DNA of 64,000 bases from Methanobacteriota archaeon (GCA_963769885.1 CAVYNH010000004.1:1-64000); one strand, 5' to 3'; counted from the first letter of the stretch, positions 1 to 10,095 are shown. The notes: a model not told the origin generated them from the sequence alone. Numbers and translations: made by a program.

Positions 1-74
1 CCTGGATGTTAATTAAGGGGAAAAATAAATTAGTCATTAAAATAAGACTTTAAAACGCAACCGGGAGGTTTAAG

Positions 75-788
75 GTGAGAAAGGGGAAAGGACTTTTGGC
101 GAAGGGATTTTTAATTTTTGTGCTTTTGGCGCTAAGTGGAGCGTTCGGCCCGCTCAAGGCTGGAGAAAAATACCCCAATCGAGCCATTAACGTGATTGTT
201 CCTTTCACTCCCGGCGGATCGACAGAATGATGTCGAGGACGTAGCTCCTTTTCTCAATAAGAAATGGGGGGTTCCGGTTAATATCATTAATAAGCCGGGT
301 GGCAATACCATTCCAGGTCAGTTGGAGGTTTATAATACTCCTCCGGATGGCTATACCATTCTGGCGGATGGATTGCCGATGTACTCGTTAGTCGGAGTGG
401 TGGTAAAAGATGTCCCTTTCAAAGTCATGGACCGGACCTTTATTGCCATAATGGTTCAAGTCCCTATGATCACGATCGTTCCTTCAACCTCCCCCCATAG
501 GAATCTTAAAGATCTAATGGAGGAAGCGAGGAGATCCAGAAAATTTTACATGGGATTCACTCGGCGGTTCCAGCGGGAATGATGTTGTGGGAAGGATGTT
601 TTTCAGGGAAGCAGGCGTGGAGGTGCCCAGGACGAAACCGGTGATGAGCAAGGGGGGGACGCCCGCTGGAGGTCATTTTGGTTGCGGGGGGACATATAAA
701 ATGGGGAACCTTCAATTATTTCAGCCTCCTCGCACATCCAAGCGGGGACGGTAAGAGTTTTGGCTGCGGCCACGAAGGAGAGGGATCC
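75..788 (+). pseudogene. Fragment of tripartite tricarboxylate transporter substrate-binding protein (Bug/TctC family), multiply frameshifted and truncated; bacterial-like
   Basis: GGAGG then GTG at 75; signal peptide; YPNRAINVIVPFTPGGST and NKPGG...PPDGYTIL motifs typical of Bug/TctC. Several frame changes; reading ends at about VRVLAAATKERDP. Confidence 0.8.
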
Positions 789-793
789 GTCGC

Positions 794-1327
794 GGGCATG
801 GCTTCGAGCACGGCTGGGGGACATACCGACCGAACGCCTTGACCAAGACCTTCATCTTCTACTATACGCCGTTCATCAACTGGTTGAAGAACGGGGATAA
901 GCTGCCGGTCATGTTTTTCGACGCGTGTCTGACCGCGAAACTGGATTTCAATATCTCGGACCTTCAGAGATACTATCCGGCGTTCGCCTGGTACTTGATT
1001 AAATCCGGAAAGGCGTCGGCCGACCCTATGATCTTCTACCCTTGTTTTGCGTGGTATTTCCTGATCAAGCAGGGCGGCGGAGCGGTCGCGACAATTGGGT
1101 CCACCCGGACGGCCTATACGCATGTGGACACGCATGGGATCTATGGAGGAGCGGGGTACCTTGATGTCCAATTCTTCGCTGGATATGAGGAAGGGATGCG
1201 TCTCGGGCAGGTGATGACCTCAGCGCAGGTCGGCTATCTCGATGGCGTGGGCCTGGATTACTTCACGCTTGAGGAATACCTGGTGTTTGGAGACCCCAGT
1301 CTCATGGTCGGCGGCCTGCCGTCGTAA
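794..1327 (+). CDS. C-terminal part of C25 (gingipain-family) cysteine peptidase, 5' truncated
   Basis: In-frame GHGFEHGWG (catalytic His region, 794 onward), FFDACLTA (catalytic Cys), GGAVATIGSTR and LVFGDPSL motifs. Confidence 0.8.
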   Translation, partial: GHGFEHGWGTYRPNALTKTFIFYYTPFINWLKNGDKLPVMFFDACLTAKLDFNISDLQRYYPAFAWYLIKSGKASADPMIFYPCFAWYFLIKQGGGAVATIGSTRTAYTHVDTHGIYGGAGYLDVQFFAGYEEGMRLGQVMTSAQVGYLDGVGLDYFTLEEYLVFGDPSLMVGGLPS

Positions 1328-1477
1328 TCTCGAGGTAGCTGGTTCGCGGTCTTCAATCAAAAAAGGAATCTTGGAGTTGAGGATAAAATTTTCTTAAAAA
1401 AAGTTGTGTGTACATTGGGTAAAAGGAAAATTGGGGGGAATGAAAAAAAGGGAGATGGTGAAGAAAGGGAAGGGGCT

Positions 1478-1780
1478 TTAGTCGAAGAGTGCGCTGAGCC
1501 CTGCTGCCGCTTCTTCTGTAGAGACTTCTTCTTTCTTTTCCTTTTTCTTCTCTTCTTTCTTTTCGGCAGGTGCTCCTGCGGCGGGTGCAGCAGCGACAAC
1601 CGGCATGGCCGCTTTCTTGATGGCCTCGTCGATATTGACGCCCTCGAGGGATGCCACGAGTGCTTTGACGCGGGCCTCGTCGGGTTTCACACCGGCGGCC
1701 GTGAGAATCTTCTTGACGTGGTCCTCGGTGATGGGCTGTCCTGCGGAGTGCAGCAGCATTGCGCTGTAGATATATTCCAT
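1478..1780 (-). CDS. rpl12: 50S ribosomal protein P1/L12
   Basis: [12 protein letters not shown]-terminus, Ala-rich hinge, acidic tail ending [10 protein letters not shown]. Confidence 0.97.
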   Translation of the reverse strand: MEYIYSAMLLHSAGQPITEDHVKKILTAAGVKPDEARVKALVASLEGVNIDEAIKKAAMPVVAAAPAAGAPAEKKEEKKKEKKEEVSTEEAAAGLSALFD

Positions 1781-1794
1781 TGGGGTTTACCTCC

Positions 1795-2673
1795 TTATGC
1801 AGCTGTTTTTGGTGTCGTTTCTCCTGGTTTTTTTGTGAGAGAGGAAAGCGCCATCATTTCGGCTTGTGCCTTGGCCATGAGGGGACCGATGGTCTCCTTG
1901 GTGTAGATGGATTGCTCCATCGCGAGGGTGTAGGCCTGGCGATACGCTTTCTGCAGGAGTGGGTTGATGGTGTCTTTGCTGGTCCATGCGGTCTCCAGGG
2001 CGAGTCCGAGGGCGCTCCAGTGTGCCTTCTGTATGCGGCCCATGAACTGTTCCATGTCGATGTCGAGGACCTCGGGTTTGAAGACGTTGCCCGCCTCGTA
2101 GATGGCGTGCACGTTCAATCCCAGCTCTATCGGGTAAATCTCCAGTCGGGTGAGCATCTGTGCCATGTCCTTGGGGATCTTCTCGCCGGCTTTGACCAGG
2201 ACTTTGTCGCTTTTAATGATGACTTTGCCTTCCTGGATCGCGGCCGGGATGCCGGCTTTTTGCAGCTCGCCGACGATCGGTCCGGGTTTGAAGGGTGTTT
2301 CCCCGGCTTTAATTTCGATGTCGGTCTGCGCGGTTTCCCCGCCCTTAGCCGGCGCCTTGGTGCGGGTGGATTTGATGTCTTTGAAGAGGGAGAAAGGGTT
2401 GCTGTCTGAGGCGATGATTGCGGCCTGGCCGCTGACGGCCCCCTTGAGGATGGCAAGGCCTTTGACTTTGGCGTCTGCTTCATCGAGGGCTCGGACGATG
2501 AGGGTGTTTTTCGCGGAGCGGATGACGGCTTTCTTGCGGATGTTGCCGCGGATCTTTTGGAGCTGGGGGGCGGGGATGCCGCTGATGTCGATGATGCCGA
2601 TGATTTTGTGTGTGGTCAGGAGGTTGACGAGGGTTTGGGTCTCTCCGTGTTTCCATTCTGCGACGTGTGCCAT
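1795..2673 (-). CDS. rpl10: 50S ribosomal protein L10/P0
   Basis: MAHVAEWK, KNTL, GETPFKPGPIVGELQKAGIPA motifs; lies between rpl1 and rpl12. Confidence 0.97.
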   Translation of the reverse strand: MAHVAEWKHGETQTLVNLLTTHKIIGIIDISGIPAPQLQKIRGNIRKKAVIRSAKNTLIVRALDEADAKVKGLAILKGAVSGQAAIIASDSNPFSLFKDIKSTRTKAPAKGGETAQTDIEIKAGETPFKPGPIVGELQKAGIPAAIQEGKVIIKSDKVLVKAGEKIPKDMAQMLTRLEIYPIELGLNVHAIYEAGNVFKPEVLDIDMEQFMGRIQKAHWSALGLALETAWTSKDTINPLLQKAYRQAYTLAMEQSIYTKETIGPLMAKAQAEMMALSSLTKKPGETTPKTAA

Positions 2674-2680
2674 GAGTGTC

Positions 2681-3325
2681 TCACCATATGCGGACGGAGG
2701 GGCCCATGGAGGTCTTGACGTAGACGGATCCGATGTTTTGACGGCCGCGCTCCAGTTTGGTTTCTACTCGCTTGATGATGGTGTCGATGTTGTCTGCAAT
2801 CTGATCGGTAGGCATCTTTTCTTGGCCGACGGTGGCGTGTAGGGAGGTGCTGGTTTTGCTGCGGACGCGGATGGTCTTGCGGAGGTTTTTGGCGATGCCG
2901 GTGATGTCGATGGTGGGGGGGACGGGCTTGGGCATTTTGCCTCGGGGGCCGAGGATGATGCCGAGGGATTTGCCGATGGTGGGCATGAGGGGTGCTTCGG
3001 CGATGAAGAAGTCGTATTCGTCCGCCATTTTTTTGAATTTCTTTTTGTCTTTGGCGAGTTCTTCGATTTCTTCGGGTTTGATGAGGAGGTCGACGTGGGG
3101 TTTTGCTTTGAGGGCGAGTTCGCCGCTGGCAAAGATTGCGATCTTGGCGTCGCTGCCGCGTCCGTTGGGGAGGACGATTTCTTCTTCGATGCGGTTTTTG
3201 GCGTCGTTCATGTCGACGTTTTTGAGGTTGATGGTAAGGTCTATGGATTGGGTGAATTTCCGCTCTTCTTTTTTGGAGTCGTCCAGTGCTTTTTGAACTG
3301 CCTCAGCAGTTTTGCTGTCTGCCAT
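2681..3325 (-). CDS. rpl1: 50S ribosomal protein L1
   Basis: RKFTQSIDL, LGPRGKMPKP and VKTSMGP motifs. Confidence 0.97.
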   Translation of the reverse strand: MADSKTAEAVQKALDDSKKEERKFTQSIDLTINLKNVDMNDAKNRIEEEIVLPNGRGSDAKIAIFASGELALKAKPHVDLLIKPEEIEELAKDKKKFKKMADEYDFFIAEAPLMPTIGKSLGIILGPRGKMPKPVPPTIDITGIAKNLRKTIRVRSKTSTSLHATVGQEKMPTDQIADNIDTIIKRVETKLERGRQNIGSVYVKTSMGPSVRIW

Positions 3326-3448
3326 AGTACATCAGTGAAGTCGGTTTTGGTGTTTTTATGTACTCCTCGTTTGGGAATGTAGTTCTCGGGAATAATAATC
3401 TTGTTTATAAAAGTTTGCGTCGCGCCTTCAGGGGGGAGCGGGGGTGTT

Positions 3449-4399
3449 TTAGGGCTCGTCGGTGCGTTCGGTGATGAGGGTGGTGACGTCGTCGGGGTCG
3501 TGGATTTTGCGGAGGTCTCGTTTCATGATGATGGGGGTGCCGGCGAGGTTGCGGCGGGTGATTTCTCGGTCGAGGAAGACGACGGCTTGTTTTTCGGTGA
3601 CTTTGGAGAGGTTGGCGAGGATCTCAGCTTTTTTTCGGAGGCGTTTGTTGTATTCTTGGATGCAGGTGAGGAGGATTTGGTCGCGTTCTTTGCTGACGGC
3701 TTCGAAGGGGCAGCGGTCCATGGGGACGATTTTGTAGCCGACGCGGTGGAGGAGGGAGAAGACTTCGCGTTGGAAGGATTTCATCTGTTTGAGGTCGGCG
3801 TCGAGGGTGAGGTCTGGGTCGGCGGCGTGTTTCCAGAGGTCGATGGGGGTGATGACGGGGGTTTCGAGGAGTGCTTCGATACGGGCGGCGATGTCGATGC
3901 GGGCGCTCATGCCGTCTTCGTACATCTGGACGGTGCGGCGGGAGACGCGGACGAAGCGGGCGAATTCGCCGAGGGAGATGTTTTTTTCCTGGCGGAGTTG
4001 GCGGAGGCGGTCGGTGTCGAGGTTGACGTAGAAGCCGCCGGGGCCCGCGTAGGCCCAGATGGGGACGTCTTCGAGGAGGTGGCTGTTGAGGGTGGCAAGC
4101 GTGATGGTTTGGATACCGAAACGGTCGTAGACGACGTTTGGCTCCAGGGGGTTGAACCCGTTTTTCTCGCCGATGAGGAGGGGGGTGGCCTTGAGCATTT
4201 GCGCGAGTTTTTGGAGGCTGTGGGCGACGGGCTCGGAGAAGGTGTCGATGTTGGTGAGGGCTTTGATGATAAGGAGGGTGTCGTCGCGGCGGGCGACCAT
4301 GTCGAAGCCCGCGAGGCGCATCTCAAAGGATTCTGAGACGACAAAGCCTGCGTTGACGAGGAGGCTGCGTGTTTCCTGGAGGAGTTCTGCCCGGTCCAT
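3449..4399 (-). CDS. Conserved archaeal HTH (XRE-like) transcriptional regulator, COG1395-like
   Basis: FDMVARRDD..LIIK N-terminal domain, AGPGGFYV, central HTH ISLGEFARFVRVSRRTVQMYE; typically divergent from tiaS. Confidence 0.85.
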   Translation of the reverse strand: MDRAELLQETRSLLVNAGFVVSESFEMRLAGFDMVARRDDTLLIIKALTNIDTFSEPVAHSLQKLAQMLKATPLLIGEKNGFNPLEPNVVYDRFGIQTITLATLNSHLLEDVPIWAYAGPGGFYVNLDTDRLRQLRQEKNISLGEFARFVRVSRRTVQMYEDGMSARIDIAARIEALLETPVITPIDLWKHAADPDLTLDADLKQMKSFQREVFSLLHRVGYKIVPMDRCPFEAVSKERDQILLTCIQEYNKRLRKKAEILANLSKVTEKQAVVFLDREITRRNLAGTPIIMKRDLRKIHDPDDVTTLITERTDEP

Positions 4400-4453
4400 G
4401 GATATGCAACTTAAGTACAACTTGTCTAATAATGTTTGTGGTGAACGACCCTT

Positions 4454-5796
4454 ATGTGGATTGGCGTTGACGACACGGACTCGGTGCGGGGCGGCTGCAC
4501 GACGTATCTCGCGCGGCTGATCCTTGAAAAGCTCACTGATCAGGGGTTCGGCGTCATCGGTTATCCGCGGCTCGTGCGGTTGAATCCGAACATTCCGTGG
4601 AAGACGCGGGGGAACGGGGCGATCGCGATGCAGATCGGTCGGGGCCGGGGGTCGCAGGTGCCGATTGCAGAGGTGCAGGGCCGGGTTGTGCAGGCGAGCC
4701 TTTCCTTACAGTCTGATCTAGAATATGACGATTACAAGGTGGCGCATGCGCTGGTCGACGAGCTGGTGAACGCGCATGCGTTCTTTGACGATAAGAAGAC
4801 GAATCCGGGGGTGGTGGTGCTTCCTCGGCAGCCGGATCCGCGGTGGTATCAGGAGGCGGTGACCGGGGTCGTCAGCCTTGATCGGGTACGCCGTGAGTTG
4901 TTGATGAGCGGGGCGCTGTTCACGCCGTATAAGAACGGACGGGGGTTGATCGGGGCGACGGCGGCAATCGCCTGGGTGCTGGGGGATTCGACGTATGAGG
5001 TGATCTGTTATCGGGAGCGGTCGCGGTGGGGGACGCCGCGTTCGATGGACGAGGCCTCGGTGATGGCGATGGATCAGGCGTTTCCGTCGACGTTTGACAA
5101 TTATGATTATCGGCATCGGTCTCCGCGAATCGCGCCGCATTCGCCGTGCCCTATCCTCTTTGGGATCCGGGGGAGAGCCCCGCTGACCTGCTGGCGGCGC
5201 GGAAGCGGGTGGTTTCTGAGGCGGTGGAGAGCTGGGTGCTGTTCCATTCGAATCAGGGGACGGATGATCATATCCTGCGGAAGTCAATCCGGGAGCTGGG
5301 GACGTATGAGTCGGTGGCGATCCGTGGGCGGGTCGCGAAGCCGCCGCGCAGCATCCACGGTGGTCATGTGGTGTTCGCGGTGGCGGATGAGACCGGGAGC
5401 ATCGCGTGTGCTGCGTATGAACCGACGAAGGAGTTCCGGGCCGTGGTGCGGGAGCTGCGGTGTGGTGATGAGGTCGTGGTGTACGGAGGGATGCGGGATG
5501 AGCCGCGGACGGTGAACCTGGAGAAGCTGCAGGTGCTCCGGGTGGTGGATGTTGTGGAGAAGGAGGAGAACCCCGTGTGCCCTGAGTGCGGGAAGCATAT
5601 GAAGTCGCGGGGGCGGAACCAGGGGTTCCAGTGCGTGGTCTGCGGGCGGTCGGAGTCGACTGCGCGGTACCGCTCAGTGCCGCGTGGGGTGACGCCGGGG
5701 TGGTATGAGGTGCCGGTGTGCGTCCGTCGGCATCTGAGCAAACCATTGAAGCGGATGGCGCTTGAAAAGACGAGTCTCGTTAGTGGAAGCGGATGA
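4454..5796 (+). CDS. tiaS: tRNA(Ile2) 2-agmatinylcytidine synthetase TiaS, with one apparent frameshift at ~5170
   Basis: IGVDDTDS..GGCTTY, RLNPNIPWKTRGN, SNQGTDDH, OB fold and Zn ribbon CPECG/CVVCG. Adding one G to the G-run at 5169-5173 joins the two ORFs. Confidence 0.93.
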
Positions 5797-6799
5797 ATTC
5801 GCCGATCGACGTCTCGTCGACGAGTTCGGTGGTGATGCCGAAGGTGAACGAGCCGGTGGCGTGGAAGTGGTACCGCCAGTATTTGATGAAGCCGAGGAAG
5901 CGTTCGTAGTGGATGGTGATGACGTTTAGGTGGAAGACGGACATCTGGTCGGGGTTCTGGATGGAGATGAAGAAGCGGTAGGGGATGAGGTGGAGGTGGT
6001 CGAGGCTTCTTTCCTCGCGGGCGAACCAGACGTTGTCCTGGGGGATGTATTGGTAGCCGCCGTCGAGGGTGTTTTCGACGGCGATGATGGTGTGGGTGAG
6101 TCTGGTGGTCTCGATCTCGGACCAGATGAGGGTGTAGTGGTCTGAGTTGATCTTGCCCCAGTACCAGCCGTAGCGGAGCGCTTTTGCGGTGCCGAGGCCC
6201 CAGTTGTGGTCGTGGTAGCCGATGCCGGTGAGGGTGAGGGTGAGGTCTTTGAGGTGGATGGTGCCGGCGACGTCGGCGCGGGGGCTCATGACGGCCCAGC
6301 CGTCGCCGAGGGGTCGGAGGATCTTCCAGCCTTTGGTGCGTCCAGTGTAGTTAAGGGTAGCGTTGAAGCCGGCGGTGCCGATGGCGAGGGTGTAGTCGTA
6401 GGTGTCGGTGGTGGCGTTGTGGGTGCCGTGGATGAGTTGGATGCCGTCGAGGGAGACGTCTGGGGTCTGTTGGGAGGCGGTGAGGTGGGCGAACCGGTCT
6501 TTGGTGCCGGTGCTGGCGATGGAAGCGCCGTCCTTGTAGAGGTTGAGTCGGGTGGTGACGGTGCCGTGGCGGTTGAGGGTGACGATGCGGACGCTGGCTT
6601 GGATGGTGTAGTTGCCGAGGACGGCGTCGAAGTACCACCATTCGGTGCGCGGCAGCATGGTGGGGTGGTAGGCGTCGTCGGCGAAGGTGACGTCTTGGGG
6701 GAGGAAGTCGCGGCCGACATGGGCGGGGGTGATTGTGGTGATAGGCGGGGTGAAAAGAATGAGGAGGGAGAGGAGGAGAAGCAGAGGCCTGCACTGCAT
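5780..6799 (-). CDS. Secreted CrtC/AttH-like (lipocalin-like) protein
   Basis: Signal peptide, then EWWYFDA, GYHDHNWG and WYWG motifs typical of the CrtC/AttH/tocopherol-cyclase-like fold. Confidence 0.65.
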   Translation of the reverse strand: MQCRPLLLLLSLLILFTPPITTITPAHVGRDFLPQDVTFADDAYHPTMLPRTEWWYFDAVLGNYTIQASVRIVTLNRHGTVTTRLNLYKDGASIASTGTKDRFAHLTASQQTPDVSLDGIQLIHGTHNATTDTYDYTLAIGTAGFNATLNYTGRTKGWKILRPLGDGWAVMSPRADVAGTIHLKDLTLTLTGIGYHDHNWGLGTAKALRYGWYWGKINSDHYTLIWSEIETTRLTHTIIAVENTLDGGYQYIPQDNVWFAREERSLDHLHLIPYRFFISIQNPDQMSVFHLNVITIHYERFLGFIKYWRYHFHATGSFTFGITTELVDETSIGEFIRFH

Positions 6800-6906
6800 A
6801 GGTGACGGATGGGTGGTTCTGTTTAATAAATGTTCGCCCATAATAATGATAATGAGGGGAAGGTGCGCAATGCTTTTTAAGTGCTGACGGTTTTCGGGTG
6901 TCGCGG

Positions 6907-6979
6907 GCGGGTGTAGTGTAGCCTGGTATCACATAAGCTTGCCAAGCTTATAACTCGGGTTCAAATCCCGGCGCCCGCA
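6907..6979 (+). tRNA. tRNA-Gly(GCC), no encoded CCA
   Basis: Acceptor stem GCGGGTG/CGCCCGC, discriminator A, anticodon arm TAAGC-TTGCCAA-GCTTA, T-loop GGTTCAAATCC; TTTTTAA TATA-like box ~30 nt upstream. Confidence 0.97.
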
Positions 6980-7199
6980 TGACTGTTCCTCATCATTGGT
7001 TCGACGGATTAATGTGTGTTGAACGACGTCTTTTCATCCCTTTTTCCTCCCTGATTTTGAACAGAATCGGCGTTTTTCTACGGCGATACGAGAGAATGAC
7101 ATCATCTGACATGCCCATTCCTCCGAAGGAAGAGCTAGGTGCAGTTCTCAAAAATTATATTAACAAGGAGCCTCATACTCGCATCTGGAGGCATATATA

Positions 7200-7610
7200 A
7201 TGAAGAAAATCGCACTACTTGTCTGCTTCATGCTAGCCATTATCCCCGCCGCAACCGCCGTTTCCATCACAGGCACCCCACACACCCTCGCCACCGGTAC
7301 CTTCGTCGGATCCATCGGATACCGGTCCGGAGGCAACTGGACCTCCGTCGGCGCCATCAACGGCACCTACGAGCTGCGCAACCGAGGCGGCCGCTTCACC
7401 GGCGACTGGAGCATCCAACTCCAAAATAAATCAGCGAACGGCACCATGCGCGGCGTCTTCCGTCCACCCTTCTTCTTCGGCCGCGTCGACATCAACGGCG
7501 GACGGCACGCCCCCATCGTCGGGTTCCTCATCGCCCGCAACAACACCTTCGGTGGCCGCTTCATGGCCCCCATCGGCCCCGCCCTCTACTACAAAGGAAA
7601 CTTCACCTAG
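7200..7610 (+). CDS. Hypothetical secreted protein
   Basis: GGAGG RBS, MKK+hydrophobic signal peptide, Gly-rich beta-strand pattern; followed by a T-tract. Confidence 0.75.
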   Translation: MKKIALLVCFMLAIIPAATAVSITGTPHTLATGTFVGSIGYRSGGNWTSVGAINGTYELRNRGGRFTGDWSIQLQNKSANGTMRGVFRPPFFFGRVDINGGRHAPIVGFLIARNNTFGGRFMAPIGPALYYKGNFT

Positions 7611-7625
7611 ACACACCCCCACCAC

Positions 7626-7653
7626 TCTTTTTTTTCTTTTCCCTTTCTTTTCT
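7626..7653 (+). terminator. Archaeal oligo-T terminator
   Basis: Long T-rich tract immediately after the stop at 7610. Confidence 0.6.
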
Positions 7654-7706
7654 ATCCGCCTCCCTGACGAAACTCTTATAGACCGCCAGCCCGATTCTAG
7701 GCCCGG

Positions 7707-8858
7707 ATGCCTCTCTTTGTCGTTCGACGCGGGACCATGGAACGTGCTGCCGGCTCGTTCTCACTGAAAAACGCGCTCAAACGACGCATGAACATCGGCC
7801 GGACCTTCTACTGGCTCCTCGCCTTCATCCCCATCTGCATCATTTTCGGCCTCTTCACCAATCTGCAGATCATCACGTTCTTCACCGCCATCCTCGCGCT
7901 TGTCCCCCTCGCCCGCATCATGGGCTACGCCGCCAAGGAAATCTCCCTGCACGTCAACCCCACCGTCAACGGCCTCATCCAAGCCACCTTCGGCAACATG
8001 ATCGAGCTCATCATCGCCATCTCCGCCCTCCGCCAAGGCCCCGAGCTCATCCCCCTCGTCCAGGCCTCCATCATCGGCAGCATCCTCATCAACATCCTCC
8101 TCCTCGACGGCCTCAGCATCTTCACCGGCGGGCTGCGCTACCGGTTCCAACGCTTCAACAACCAGGTCATCGGCGTCTCCTCCACTATGCTCATCATCGC
8201 CGTCGCCGGCCTCGCAATCCCCACCGTCTACTTCTTCCTCGCCTCCCCCGCACAGAACGTCCATGTCGGCCAAATCAGTGTCGCCGTCGCGATCGTCATG
8301 GCCCTCATCTACATCGCCGGACTCATCTTTTCCTTACGGACGCACAAGGACTTCTTCAGCGCCGCAGATGTCTCGAAAGAAATCAAAGAGACAGCGACCA
8401 TCAGCCGCCGCCGCGCCCTCATCATCCTGCTCCTCAGCATCGTGATCGCCTCCGTCGTCAGCGAGTTCCTGGTCAGCACCGTCGAGACCGCAGCCACGAC
8501 CCTAGGCATGACACAGACGTTCATCGGCATCGTCCTCATCAGCCTCGTCACCAATGTCACCGAGCACGCCACCGCCATCAACTTCGCGCTCGCGAACAAG
8601 ATCAGCGTCTCCATCGAGATCGGCCTGAGCAGCGCCATCCAAATCTCCTTGTTCGTCGTCCCCATCATCATGTTCACCAGCGTCATCTTCGGCCTCGGCT
8701 TCACCCTGGTCTTTTCATTATTCGAACTCCTCGCCGTAATCCTCGCCGTCTTAATCGTCAACTACCTCTCCGCGGACGGCCAGTGCAACTGGTTGGAGGG
8801 CGCTCAGCTCCTCAGCGTTTACTTTATCATCGCCATCGCCTTCTTCTTCATCCAGTAG
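7707..8858 (+). CDS. Ca2+/H+ exchanger (CAX/ChaA family)
   Basis: Alpha-repeat motifs ATFGNMIELII, GSILINILL, NVTEHATAI, SSAIQISLFVVP and NWLEGAQLL; about 11 TM segments. Confidence 0.93.
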   Translation: MPLFVVRRGTMERAAGSFSLKNALKRRMNIGRTFYWLLAFIPICIIFGLFTNLQIITFFTAILALVPLARIMGYAAKEISLHVNPTVNGLIQATFGNMIELIIAISALRQGPELIPLVQASIIGSILINILLLDGLSIFTGGLRYRFQRFNNQVIGVSSTMLIIAVAGLAIPTVYFFLASPAQNVHVGQISVAVAIVMALIYIAGLIFSLRTHKDFFSAADVSKEIKETATISRRRALIILLLSIVIASVVSEFLVSTVETAATTLGMTQTFIGIVLISLVTNVTEHATAINFALANKISVSIEIGLSSAIQISLFVVPIIMFTSVIFGLGFTLVFSLFELLAVILAVLIVNYLSADGQCNWLEGAQLLSVYFIIAIAFFFIQ

Positions 8859-8960
8859 CCTGCTTATGTATCTGCATATGCATCAGGATGCCCATGAGAA
8901 TATCCGCTAGCGATTGCTTTATTAGCGCACCAAGGATGTTCTTTTTTGGGATAGGAAGGG

Positions 8961-9302
8961 ATGCAGCATATGGAATCATCAGAGATGGCCATCGAGATTC
9001 AGCGCTCGCTAGCAATCAGGGCGCTGCGCCGTAGCAATGTCCGCCGCAAGATTACCGAGTACCTCAACACCATCAGCCCTAGGACCAGTTACACCTCGGA
9101 GATCGCCTACCATGTCGGAGCGACGACCTCAAACGTGATTGGCGCCCTGCGCGGCATCGAGACTCGCTACCGCGAAGAAGAATCATTGCTACAGCTTCAC
9201 CTCGTCGAGGAAAAGACCGGTAAAACTCACGTCCGCCTCTACGCTATAACCCCGTTCGGACAGGAAATCCTACACACGATGCAGGATCGGTATCGACCCT
9301 GA
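8961..9302 (+). CDS. Winged-helix regulator, EarA-like family
   Basis: ALRRSNVRRKI..YL..ISP..SYTSEIA....SNVIGAL.G...RY....SL..L.LVE pattern resembles euryarchaeal EarA. Confidence 0.7.
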   Translation: MQHMESSEMAIEIQRSLAIRALRRSNVRRKITEYLNTISPRTSYTSEIAYHVGATTSNVIGALRGIETRYREEESLLQLHLVEEKTGKTHVRLYAITPFGQEILHTMQDRYRP

Positions 9303-9330
9303 ACACTCGACGTTCAGACAAACCCTTTTT

Positions 9331-10095
9331 TTATTCGTACATCGACGTGGGCATCGGCGGCGCCTGGGGCGCGGTCGGTTTCGAGGCACTCATGAACGCG
9401 CGGATTCGCTGCTCGATCTCGGCGGCCTGTTTATACAAGGGCTCCGGGTCAATCTTCATCCCTGGGAGCAATTTGTCCAAGGCCTCGAGCAACTTGCCGG
9501 CGGCACGGGAGTCGGGGTACGCCGAATGCGCCTCAGCAATTAAACAGAGGACATCACGCTGTAGCTGGGCACCGCGATAGAGGAACACGCCGCTATCCCC
9601 CGCAATCATCCCCTCTTTGATCTCATCAACGTGGTATTCGGTCAACATGGCCTTCATCTTATTGGTGGTTGCCACGCCGTAGACTCGCTGGTCTTTTTCG
9701 TTAGTGGCGTGCATGCCCTCCAGCGTCAAAATAATCTTACAGCGTTTCTCTTTCGCCCAATCCAAAATCTGATCAACAAGAGGCTGAACGAGGTCCGGCG
9801 GAGGCATGAACTCCGAGATAATCACGGCGAGCTGCATGCAGGCGTCCCCAGCGCAGGCTTTCTCCCCAGCATAAATCCGGACGGGCGGGGCGGGGACGCT
9901 GTTGTGGATGACCGCAGCCGGGATGAAATAGCGTGAAGAAATTGAACCAATCTTATCAAGCTTGAAGGAATCGATGATGTATTGCCCGGCGATCGTGCTG
10001 ACGAGGCCGACGGTCGGGAAAGCCACAATCAACATGGAGTCCAACAACTCCACCTTTTTTTCCTCATGTATCTGAAGATCGCCCATTCTCTCCAT
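9331..10095 (-). CDS. Proteasome assembly chaperone (PAC2/PbaA-B family)
   Basis: FPTVGLVSTIA, PPVRIY and YPDSRAA motifs; C-terminal MYE resembles an HbYX motif. Confidence 0.9.
   Translation of the reverse strand: MERMGDLQIHEEKKVELLDSMLIVAFPTVGLVSTIAGQYIIDSFKLDKIGSISSRYFIPAAVIHNSVPAPPVRIYAGEKACAGDACMQLAVIISEFMPPPDLVQPLVDQILDWAKEKRCKIILTLEGMHATNEKDQRVYGVATTNKMKAMLTEYHVDEIKEGMIAGDSGVFLYRGAQLQRDVLCLIAEAHSAYPDSRAAGKLLEALDKLLPGMKIDPEPLYKQAAEIEQRIRAFMSASKPTAPQAPPMPTSMYE

Noticed and set aside
5165-5180. Programmed frameshift or pseudogenisation of tiaS (also ligA ~15525, MMPL ~24555, C25 ~60022)
   Set aside because: These are single-base indels, mostly in short G/C runs, in otherwise intact genes, including the normally essential tiaS. 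There is no common slippery motif, so long-read consensus error is the simplest explanation.
6907-7610. Integrated element at tRNA-Gly
   Set aside because: No integrase and no duplicated tRNA 3' end found in the window.
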